DNA of 64,000 nt, taken from positions 372,001 through 436,000 of the forward strand of contig AP024666.1 in assembly GCA_024346625.1 (NCBI GenBank), given 5' to 3'. Position numbers and translations under genes: made by a program. Source of the stretch: Williopsis jadinii. Lineage: Eukaryota. Under the pieces are notes generated by a model, which saw nothing but the letters and a program-made list of their open reading frames with translations, made no database searches and was not told the DNA's origin. Each line of letters begins with the position of its first letter. Positions within the stretch are counted from its first letter, which is position 1. This document shows positions 1 through 10,100 of the stretch, in pieces.

Positions 1-2688
1 ATCACTTGTGATTTTATGACATAACAAGAGATCTAATAGAATCTTAGAGCTCGAGGACGTGTAGTCAACCTGTTTCTTCTTTACTGGGGTAAATGAATAG
101 AGTCTCGTTCTTCTCTTCTGAGTTATAGAGTCAAGATTTTCCTTTTTCTGTGTCTTTATTGGTGTGGACAAAGGACTCGAATGATTCTTTTTCTTGGTAT
201 AAGCACCTTCCAACTTCATCAATGTCGTTCTCACGGGATCATCGTGATAAGAGTCATCGGAGATTGCAGCCAGTTCAGCCATTACATTACTGTCAACTCC
301 ATTCATTGCAAAGACAGCGTCAACATCCCCAGAGTCCACACTAGAATCAACAAAATCTACTGAAACTTGATTGCACTTTTCATATTCTTTGTTTAGAGAA
401 GTGTATGATTCCTGATGATGGGGATTTGCAGTGGTTTTAACAGTGACATTTAACAAGTTCGCTTTTGAGCTGAAGATTGAGTTTGTAGATTCTTGTGTTC
501 TAGCAGAGCGTTTCGAAAGGTAAGACAGATGGTCATCGTGAGGAACAGAGGATATGGAACAGTCTGATATCTTTGTGAAGGATGGTATACGGTTCAAGTT
601 CACATCATTACTTTGAGCGTGTTCAAATTGAAACGATGATGATGACTTGAAATCGGAGTGGTTCTCATGTAATGACTTGATAGGTGATATTTGCGGTGTA
701 GATGAAATGAGACCAACTTGAGAGGAAGGTGGAGTGCTGGGTTCATCGTCAACAAATTCACTACTGTTCTGTTCTAAACTTCCTGGTGCCTGATCAGACT
801 CTTCCCCGACATCAATATTTTCATAAGTGGAAACAAATGATTCAACTTCTGATGCCCAATCCTTTTCCTCAACCTTATCGTCGGACTCTTCAAGATTAAA
901 ATCAAACTCAAGCAATTCCTTTATAATGTTATCAATTTGATCGCTGTGATATTTGCGTAGCGTGGAATTTGATTTAGGCTTCATCACAAGAGCACCATCA
1001 CTTTTCGGTCTCCCGATGGACAGGTTCCTTGAACCTTCTTTCTCAATAGCACATGAAAGTGTATGTTTCGGGTGCTGTTCCACATCCTCGTTCTGATCAT
1101 CCAACTGAGGTGTGCTTTCCGAAAGAACTGTTCCAATGGAAAGTTCTTGCTCTTCAAGTCCAAATCTTTCTTTGGCCCCCTCTTGGTCGTTTTCAAACTC
1201 AAACCTATCGTTTTCGTTACCTTTGATAGAATAACTCTCAAAACTAAACTTGTCTTTGACTTCAGGAATGGCATCAGAATGGATGGATTGGATAGAGTTT
1301 CCAGATATCACATCTCTCTGATGCTTCTGCAAAGTCAAAACTGTTCTGGAAATGTTGGAAATTGTTTTGTATATGTTCAAGTTGTCAATATTTGAGATCT
1401 TCTCCTTTACTGAGCTAGTATCGAAAGTGAAATCGGCATCAATGATATCACCTCTGAAATCACTTTCATCCATCAATCTGTTGTGGTAATTTACTAAATA
1501 GTCAAGTTCATCGATAGTTCTTGCACTCAATATATCAAATTTCCCTTCCACAAGTTTATTAAGATCCTTGTTGTTTGTCTTTGCAACTGACACCACAGAT
1601 GCCATAAACTTCTCTGCTTGTGGTTTAACAACAGAATTAGAAGAGTTGTTGCCCCGAAAGGAGAAAGTCTTAATCCAACTATCTATAAGCGATCTCAGTC
1701 CCGTTGGTTGGGGTTTATTGGGTGGTGGCAATGCAATTTGTAGTTCCATCTTCTTTACTGGAGTCGGTGGAATCACTTTCGATATTGATGCATCTTGAGG
1801 GAACTTTGTATGACCATCGAGTACAGTTTTCTCTTGCTTGAGTGAAACATTCAATGGTACATATAGCTTATCCCTACTTGATGGTGGCGATGATTTTGTA
1901 ACACTTTCTGTATCACCCATTATACTAAGTCGCATAATAGAATTCTTTGGGTTCAATGGAAGCCTTGGTCCACGTCTGTTGCCACTCTTCAGAGGCGGGA
2001 TTGGTAAATTGTGCACTGTCTTCTCATCATACAGTGAAAGCATCACTGAATTTCTTGTCAGTGGGTCATCCCTGTTGTTCAGAGCAAATACTGAGAGGTT
2101 TTTGTTGTTAAATAGCTGAGGTCCAATTTTGAGTGTGAATGTGTAGTAGTTGTCGGGCCTCACATCTTCCTCCCAGCATTGATTACAGCATGTGATCCAG
2201 TTCTTCTTCAAGTTAGAAATGACTCGCTGCACAAATAATTCTTCGTGGTGTAAAGCGTTAATCTCGGTAATAAACGACAACCTTAGCGGCTTGGAAGAAA
2301 TGAAATCATCTGTGAAATAATTTAACAGCCAGTGTCTTATCACAACAAAAGTCCTTACAAGAGTTAACTTTCCGATATTCTGCTTCAGCTCATGAGAGTC
2401 GTCATCGATATATTGTAAGCACCATTTAAGCCGTAGAATTAAGAGTTTCAATAGACTGTCTTGTGAGATGAAGGATCGGTATGTCAGGAAAAAATCTGTT
2501 ATTAGTTGGTAGTCGATAGCTTTGGAGCTTGTCAGTAGTGAGATCAGTGTGATTATATCCAGGTAATTCCCTGTTGTGTCCACCTCTGTGACAACCTGTT
2601 CGCCTGGAAGTGGGGCAATTATACTCTGTCTTGAGTCAAAGACGCTGGGTGTAAGCGAGTCTAAGTTATAGTCCAGAATGTCAGTCAT
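1..2688 (-). CDS. LTE1: Lte1-like Ras-GEF family mitotic exit regulator, 5' part; continues beyond the left window edge
   Basis: Absent from the ORF track, presumably because the stop lies outside the window. Manual translation from ATG at 2688 gives MTDILDYNLDSLTPSVFDSRQ...IDYQLITDFFLTYRSFIS...KLTLVRTFVVIRHWLLNYFTDDF, a REM/RasGEF_N signature typical of Lte1, followed by Ser-rich sequence. Confidence 0.8.
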   Translation of the reverse strand, partial: MTDILDYNLDSLTPSVFDSRQSIIAPLPGEQVVTEVDTTGNYLDIITLISLLTSSKAIDYQLITDFFLTYRSFISQDSLLKLLILRLKWCLQYIDDDSHELKQNIGKLTLVRTFVVIRHWLLNYFTDDFISSKPLRLSFITEINALHHEELFVQRVISNLKKNWITCCNQCWEEDVRPDNYYTFTLKIGPQLFNNKNLSVFALNNRDDPLTRNSVMLSLYDEKTVHNLPIPPLKSGNRRGPRLPLNPKNSIMRLSIMGDTESVTKSSPPSSRDKLYVPLNVSLKQEKTVLDGHTKFPQDASISKVIPPTPVKKMELQIALPPPNKPQPTGLRSLIDSWIKTFSFRGNNSSNSVVKPQAEKFMASVVSVAKTNNKDLNKLVEGKFDILSARTIDELDYLVNYHNRLMDESDFRGDIIDADFTFDTSSVKEKISNIDNLNIYKTISNISRTVLTLQKHQRDVISGNSIQSIHSDAIPEVKDKFSFESYSIKGNENDRFEFENDQEGAKERFGLEEQELSIGTVLSESTPQLDDQNEDVEQHPKHTLSCAIEKEGSRNLSIGRPKSDGALVMKPKSNSTLRKYHSDQIDNIIKELLEFDFNLEESDDKVEEKDWASEVESFVSTYENIDVGEESDQAPGSLEQNSSEFVDDEPSTPPSSQVGLISSTPQISPIKSLHENHSDFKSSSSFQFEHAQSNDVNLNRIPSFTKISDCSISSVPHDDHLSYLSKRSARTQESTNSIFSSKANLLNVTVKTTANPHHQESYTSLNKEYEKCNQVSVDFVDSSVDSGDVDAVFAMNGVDSNVMAELAAISDDSYHDDPVRTTLMKLEGAYTKKKNHSSPLSTPIKTQKKENLDSITQKRRTRLYSFTPVKKKQVDYTSSSSKILLDLLLCHKITSD

Positions 2689-3252
2689 ATTGTACCTTAT
2701 CTCAAACAAGAGTTGCCTATATGGAAGTCCGTCTGTCACTCAACGAGCACGGTTCAGTGTAATAAATATCAACACCAATGGATTCAATAACAACAAACCA
2801 AACCAAACAAGACACAATTAATAAACACAAGAGCACACCAAGAGACTGGACAGCTTAATGAGTGAGTGAAATCTGGTTTGTATACCGCGATGATATGCCT
2901 CTGTTGCGTACAAATTCTTCCACACGTTGAGAAGTGAGTGACTGGAATGTATGTTTTGGGGAATGTTGTTGTGTTGTTGTTATGGTCGTTGGTCCTAAGG
3001 TTGGAAAAACGAACGGAATTGTTTGGACGCGTTGGATCATCGAAACACACGCAAAAAAAGTGTAAACAAACGCCTTGAAATTCGTGCCTTTCAGATCTCT
3101 TCAAGAGAAAAAGTCCACAAAAGCAATCCTTTCAAACTCTAAATTCGGCAATATTATGTAATGCCCGCGCGTTCATAGCTGCAGGTGATTATCCTGCAGA
3201 GTGGACACATTCAGAGCCTGTTGATGTGTAATACAATCCAATCAACCGAAAA

Positions 3253-3323
3253 GCGCGAGTGGTTTAGCGGTAAAATTCCAAGTTGCCATCTTGGAGCCCC
3301 CGGTTCGACTCCGGGCTCGCGCA
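3253..3323 (+). tRNA. tRNA-Gly(GCC)
   Basis: Acceptor stem GCGCGAG/CTCGCGC plus A, D-arm TGGTTTAGCGGTAAAAT, anticodon loop TTGCCAT, T-loop GGTTCGACTCC, followed by a T-run Pol III terminator at 3324-3335. Confidence 0.97.
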
Positions 3324-3563
3324 TTTTTTTTTTTTGAAACAACTGGAACCGCACTTAGCAGCTGCACTGGGCCCGGGAAAACGGCCGCTTCACCATACTA
3401 ATTTTTTTTCGCCGCATAGTTAAATATTTGGTTTTTGGAAAGTCCGAGACCTCCCCATAGTTAAGGATGGAAAAAATGAAAACCTCGGAATTTTTTGGGG
3501 GGATTTTGGTGTCAGGTTGGTGAAAAAGGCAGAATCGCGGCCAAATAGGTAAAAATTTTGCAC

Positions 3564-3688
3564 ACTAACCGGGCTGGGACTTGAAAATCGGAAGTTACAC
3601 GGGCAAATTGGTGGAAATTGGCAGACTGACCGGGATGGGACTTGAAAATTGGAAATTGCACGGGCAAATTGGTGGAAATTGGCAGACT
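3564..3688 (+). repeat. 61-bp imperfect tandem direct repeat (2 copies)
   Basis: ACTAACCGGGCTGGGACTTGAAAATCGGAAGTTACACGGGCAAATTGGTGGAAATTGGCAG at 3564 and ACTGACCGGGATGGGACTTGAAAATTGGAAATTGCACGGGCAAATTGGTGGAAATTGGCAG at 3625. Confidence 0.95.
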
Positions 3689-4025
3689 CCAGGTCAGAAA
3701 GATGAAAATTCAGGGACTCGCAACCGTATCTAGGACTTTTCAGACCTTTTTGGTAGATTTTCTTCAGGGCTCACAACTTATGAGGGGCCTGATGTTAGCT
3801 TGAAGTGCACGCGGTGGTTACCTCAACGTCGACGTTAATTTCCATCAAAGGCAAGCTACCAGTGTAAATACATAGGAAACACTTTGAAGAACAGCAACAA
3901 GATATGTAATTATGCCTAGAAAGCCATTCTTGAGTGACACCTACATCACATTGAAATGTTTGTCGAGTGATCAGCGCATTTGACTTGTAAACTATATAAA
4001 CTGCGACAAGTGATATCTTAGCTAG

Positions 4026-5070
4026 TCATAATTCATTGTGGGCCAGGAACTCAAATTGATTGAAGTTAGACATCTGAATTTGAATGAAGTCACTCTTTGG
4101 ATCCCTTGGTTTAGACTCGCCATGAAACAGTAATTCAACCTTTCCCACAATAACATTGCTCAAACTGATTAGTGCTGAACTTTTCGAAGGATCAAATGTA
4201 TGGTCATCTGAGTCAACAGAATCAGAAAGCCATGATGATCTTGGGTCACCTTCATCAATATAGTCTAACAGCAAAGGGCGCAGAGTCATCCTGGCTTTAG
4301 CACTGATCTTCAAACCGATTGCTGAACGGCTTTCTGTGCCAGTCTCTTCTTCTGTATCGTTATCGGATGCACCAAGACTCGAAGGCTTAACATGAATTGG
4401 TTTAATATTCATATTGGTTACCAAAGCAAGCGCGCTATTAATATGTCTTCTCCTCATTGTCTTGATCACTGAGGTTCTTGATAATGATTTCTTGCACCAT
4501 TTCATATCGAATAACTGCTGAATAATGGCCAGCTAATAACGAGGTTATTCCTCGTCTCCTTGGAAGGACCGGAAGACACAAGCAGACTTGTTGAAAACAC
4601 TCGCATAGCTTGGTTTGTAACTCAGAAGATCACACAATGATATCCTTAACTCCTCACCAGGATTTGGTAAATTAGGACACCAAACACGATACACTTTCTC
4701 AATATTTTGGTCTCTCATGATCCTCTCAAGCACAGAAAGCGTTGCTGGTACTATTGATTCACTTGGTGAAGAACAGGACTTCACAAACTGGCGTGGAAAA
4801 CTCTTTTTCAAATAAGCAATGATATCCTCGTTGATAAGTCCAAACACAAGCTTTCTTATATCTATCATTTCCTTATTAGTCCCTAGACCAATTAGAAACA
4901 GCACCTCAAGAAGTAAAGACATTTGTTTCACACTTTAAAGATTCTGTAACTCAAAACTGCAAGTTATAAAAGCGCATATCAGAATCACACATGTCCTGTT
5001 GAACAATACGGTAAAGCATTTGTAAGAGTTTTACTGAAAATTTATTCACCAGTAATAGCGTCCCATCTCT
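4026..5070 (-). pseudogene. Decayed paralog of the N-terminal domain of the adjacent transposase-like gene
   Basis: ORFs 4545-4931 and 4026-4505 share one frame, separated by TAA-CCT-CGT-TAT-TAG. Segments align by eye to the N-terminus of the 5588-9497 protein (EVLFLIGLGTNKEMID..GLINEDIIAYLKK vs NVVYMMTLITIRTMCD..GLVDPAYISFWRK; RISLCDLLSY..VFRSF vs RFTFGDISNY..IFMSF). The upstream boundary is approximate. Confidence 0.6.
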
Positions 5071-5587
5071 GAAAGATCTCCTGTATGGTGATTGGATTCC
5101 TGCAAGGGTACATCTTGTCATCCCTAATCACATAAAGAGAAAGACTCCGAGTCTCATCGGCTGATACAAGTTCAATAGGTCTCTACAATCCATACAATAG
5201 TCCATCAAGAAGATTGGAGGAATGCAACCATCCATTAGCTAATTCTAGGGTTTGTGGAGTGTTATATCGAGTGATTCAATTTAATACTAATACTAATATT
5301 TTGCTCGAATATTCTTGCATAAGGCTATTCCAACAACTTTCCAGTAGTTTGGTAAATACTCCAGAATCACACATGGAGTTCAGCGTCATAAGCCGGTATT
5401 TCAATGGTCTAACAATAATGAGTTTCTGCAGCTGCTGAACTGTCATTTAATTTTCCGTGAACCCAATGTTGAATTATAGTCCTTCAAAAGTTTCACCTGT
5501 AATCCCAAGCTCCGCAAATGGGATAGAGGATGTAATTATATTGTGACCAGTTATGCTTCTTTGGCCATTTGCTGAAGGCCTTGATAA

Positions 5588-8500
5588 TCAGTTAATCCGC
5601 GAAGAGTTCATCTCTGCAACAACCACTGACAAGCAGTTACTGATTGCCCTAGATATCATGTTTCGCCCGGCGTTTGTGATTATCTCATTAGTCGAATGGT
5701 CTGTGGATTTGATAGCTCCCATGGATTTTTCCGGGCCAGAACATGAGAAAAGGTTCGGATGTCCATATTCTTTTATCAGAGTCATCACATGGATCAGAAT
5801 GTGAAAGTAGTTAGAACCCATGCGGATCATCAACTTAACCTCCGGTATCTCTTTAAGGGTTGTTTGATTTGTGGTTGAGGCATCTGCAACAGCTTCGCTT
5901 CTATCGTTCAGAGCTTGCAACTGCCATGCCTTGATCTTGCTCTTGATCTCAGGTCTCTCATAGAATAAGTACCTGTGAAGTGAACAAAATTGTTTGATCG
6001 TTGAATTCAATATCGGAATCTCAGACTTCCTGATGCTGCGTGTCAGTAGGAAGTTTGACATCATTGTAAACAGTTGGAGAAAACTTAAAAAGTGTGAGTC
6101 CAGATGACGTGAATAATAATCAGATGACAGCAATGCAGGAATCGTAGATATCAATTGCTGTACCTGCCCTGCTTTGAGATAGACGTCAAAATTATCAACT
6201 GAAGTTGGTGGCTCTCCAAACTCTGCTGGCCATGTATCCAATACATCGAATAAACTTTCTAATGAATCCATCAGATTTCTTAGAACAGGAGCAGGTAAAG
6301 CATACTTCCGGCTTAGCAGAAACGTGTCTTTGGAATCTGAGAGAACGCCAAGCATCTTTGGAAATAGATTCTCACATAGACAACTTATCACGTCAAACCC
6401 GATAATCTTGTTTTGTCCCATAGATAAGTCAAAATCATAAATTGGCGTACAGCTTCTAATGTCAAGACTGGCTACCCCTAAGAGTTCCTCTAGTCTTTTT
6501 TCCAGAGGCCTCATATGGGTAGAATCATCACAGCAATTGGTGACTCCATGGTTACCTGGATTACAGTCCTGCGCTGGAATTTTGACCCATTGACACAAGC
6601 TCTTTAGCATTTCCCGATATTCAGCGTCCCTCTGAAGAAACTTTCCGTCACTTCTCAAAGAGGCAGTCATAGAGAAAGGAATCTCTGCTTTCGTCTTTAT
6701 AGGACACTCTTTATCCAATTTATCGACGTAGTGTTTTAAATGTTCAAATTCTTTTCCCGCTTTCTCAGTCCAAGAGACCGACGAACCAATTTCCTCAGAG
6801 GATAGCCAGCTATTGTACTCAATCGTTACAGGATGCCCATCTGAGTACAGCTTACTAGGGTCTTCAACTTCTTCCCCAACCTCGTTACACAATAAACATG
6901 GTGTATTTACACCAGTTCCACGAAGAGCAACAAACTTCGACAATGCGGGAAGATCACCAAAGACATTAACAACAGTAGCGAACACGGTCAATGTAGGATT
7001 GTCCTTAGGGTTCGATGTGTGATTCTTCACAAGCATCCCCTTTCTTTGAATCATAACAAATTCATCTGTCACACAGCTCAATAAGATTTTGGTGTTAGTC
7101 ATTTCAGCGTTAAGCATGGAAGGCGTTACATTGCCTGTATCTTTTCCATCTGATTCATCGCCCACAGAATCAACACCGACATTCTCACGAGTAATAGATA
7201 AGAAGTTTGTCAACTGGAAATCAGTGCCATTGTTGAAATCAACAAGTCTCATAACTAATGGCCAAAGCTCCCGCTGCTCTTTGTCTTCATACACAGGCTT
7301 TTTGAGCATCGCAACACCGTGCCATCCTAAGGTAACAGCTAACTGTATTTCACTCTCATCAAAGTATTTGGTGCTTGAAATATGAGGTTCTTTCTCATTT
7401 GAAAGCATGGTCCGCTTATTGAACTGTTTCATCCTCTTGACATACTCTCCGTTGTAGAATGTGTGTGAAGCTTTTCCATGAGTGCTCTGGCTGTGATACT
7501 TGGAGGAATTATGTAATACCAAATTGGAAGCTGATGGATCTTCAAAGAGACAAGCAATATAAAGTCGTGGTGATATCATGAAAACCACTTGCTGAGTTTC
7601 ACTTGCATAGCTACCTGGTTGGAGTTTCTTGTTTACCGTTTGGCAAACAGGGCAGGTCCATTCAGTTGGTTTGTCATCCTGAGGGGATTCCATTGCATCA
7701 GAGTCAACTGTGCAGAGGTTGATACATACTGCAAAAGCTCGAACCAACTCGAGTTTAATTAGAACTCTGATCATATTATTTGAAAACTTTTCCGTAAAAT
7801 GACTCCCTTCTAAAATCATTCCCGTTGCTGCTCGACCAAATCTTGCGCCTTTTGTCTTATTAAAGTCGTATTCTGGCGCAGCAGTAGGCTCATTTATCTC
7901 ATGGTTGTTCTGTTCGTGATATGACAAACCTGGACCTGGTGAAAGTGATCTCGCTGCTTCCTGGACAGTTTCCAGCATTCTTTTAGGTGTAAATTCGATT
8001 AGCGCTTCTACCGCCTTCAAATGGTTCCTTCCGGCGACTATATCTGCCTGATCATCAGCAGCACTTTGGCTTAGTGAGCCTATTCCGTATTTGATGAAGA
8101 TCTGGAAAAAGTCCAATGTGAGATGCTCAAAGTTATCCATTCCATTCTTCAATTTTCTTTTCAGTGCTTCCAGGAACACGAAAGCTGCGTTTTCGAATGT
8201 GATAATATCAAAGTCAATCTCCAGATCTTCATCTTCATCATCACTCCAAGACTCATCCACGCTTTTTGCCGGAGGTTCACCTTCCCCTGTAACATCTGGA
8301 GAATCCGTTTCATCGTCAGACTCGAGAAGTGCATCCTCTGTCGCGTCTATAGCACCCACAGACGAAACGTCAATATATCTATTCCAACCAGGCAGACTAG
8401 CATCGGAATCTTGGTTTAGAAGCTCCAAATAATCTTCTTGATGAGCTGGTGGTACATCAGGTTGGGCACGTATACCTTTTTCATTCAGAAATGCCTTCAA

Positions 8501-9497
8501 AGCATCTGAATCTGACTTCAGGAATTGTCTCACTGGAGGGACTATAAGTCGACCTTCAGGGTCTCTTTGGTGAGGCCTCTCCAGCTTCTCTGAGCGTCTG
8601 CAATCAATCACTGGATAATAAAGTGACACCTCCTCTTGGGACTGCTCTGGTTGTTTGAAGGACATGAATATCTTCTCGGTAAGCTCCTGATAATTGGAGA
8701 TATCTCCAAATGTAAATCTATGGGATTGTTCAAGTTGTGAGAACTCCTCTCGTGCATATAGTATGGATCGTAAGTCACTTCTATTCTTTCGATAGATCAC
8801 AATATATCCAAGGTAGTTGGAGGCGTTGGTGGCAACACGGAATCCGTCTTCTTCCATATTCAAGAAACTATAGTACCGACTCGCAAACCCTTCTTTATTC
8901 TCCAGCACATCTTCAATCTTTCTCCAAAATGAAATATAAGCAGGGTCCACAAGTCCATTGCTCTTGTCACACATTGTCCGGATGGTGATCAGGGTCATCA
9001 TGTAGACAACGTTTCTAGCAGAATCAATCAAATTATCTTCAATGTAGAATACACTTCTGAAATTTTCAAATACAATTGTCATGAAGGTTTCCAGCTCCTC
9101 TGGTGAGAGAATGTCCTCAATTGTTCCTGATGCCATAGGTGGTCCCCTCAATTTCATGAGTATCATTAACGAGATCTTAATGAAATCCTACAATTCTGAT
9201 TAGTACCATCATCCTCAAGAAGGAATGTAGTGAGCTCACTTGAACATGACTGATGATATAAGCCACAACATCTCCTTCCCTGCCATCAACAGGCAGAGAC
9301 AGAAGAGCAGCGAAGTATTTCCCATTAGAGCCTTCCGTGTTCAAAGACACACCCGAACTATGCTGTTGAATGGCATAAATCGAGTGGCCATCTTTGAGAA
9401 ATGGCATCGAGGCCTCCGCTTTGGCACTTGGGTCATTCAAGCCCTGGACTTCAAGCCTTGGTTCATTACATTGATTATCCTTAGGATTGCCCTCCAT
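5588..9497 (-). CDS. CACTA/En-Spm (CMC) transposase-like protein, ~1285 aa, 2 exons (9240-9497, 5588-9187)
   Basis: A 52-nt intron at 9188-9239 (GTGAGC...TACTAAT...TAG) joins MEGNPKD...HVQ in frame to DFIKISL-MILMK. Ordered Tnp2-like motifs: VCINLC...CPVC, LFEDP, FYNGEY, LAVTLGWHG, LWPLV, GDLPALSK...PCLLC, FDVISCLCEN, PAEFGEPP..KAGQ, HILIH...YGHP...PEKSMGAIK. Confidence 0.8.
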
Positions 9498-10100
9498 TTT
9501 TGATTGTTGATGTTTGTTTAGTTGTAACTGGTAAACAAAAGGCAATCCTTTTGAAAATTTCGTTCAGAAAGGGGTGAGAATATGTTGCTCAGCGATCTAC
9601 GTCGCGAGGCCTCAACTTTCAGCTTAGAATATTGAGTGTAAGGCTGTGATGAGTATACAAATCACAGTTAGACGATGATTGTGGGGTTCAGAGTACAACT
9701 TGATGTGAGTTCCTTGCTTTGAAATGTGATGCAATTGTACTCGTGTAGTCTATGTATCAATGCTTCTGCTGTTATCATAGTTACAAGCTGGTCTATATAT
9801 TTATCTCTCTATGTCTTGTTCCTTCGTAGTTTAGGCCTGTTGTTCAGGTGAGATGGTTACATGAGGTCAAACACGCTTCATTCAGTACAAATTGTTGAAG
9901 CACAAATCTATGTATACGTCTGAAGCGTATAGCCAGGTTAGCTGTTCTACTAGTACGTAGATTGACATGTACTATAAGAACTCGCAATAGATGTACAGAG
10001 TTCTACAAATATAAGTTAAAACTAGAAAACACACCATATCATTAAATCTACACTTGCAAATACCTGAGCTCAGCTCTATCCATTCTTGTTTGCCTCTATG

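Larger units (their letters stand above)
3365..9497 (-). mobile_element. CACTA/CMC-superfamily transposon-derived island (boundaries uncertain; one terminus candidate only)
   Basis: Contains a CMC-type transposase-like gene, a decayed paralog, and a region starting CACTGGG with subterminal-like repeats. No matching right terminal inverted repeat was found by eye up to about 12500. Confidence 0.55.

Noticed and set aside
3564..3688. CRISPR-like array
   Set aside because: Two contiguous copies without unique spacers, in a eukaryotic genome.
3859..3864. CCAGTG as inverted partner of CACTGG at 3365 (a MITE)
   Set aside because: Only 6 bp match and the flanks show no target-site duplication.
4883..4933. 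Possible second intron (GTGTGA...TTCTAAT...TAG) sharing CTTCTTGAGG with the 9188-9239 intron
   Set aside because: Weak donor, splicing leaves an upstream in-frame TAA, and the segment aligns as coding sequence to the paralog.
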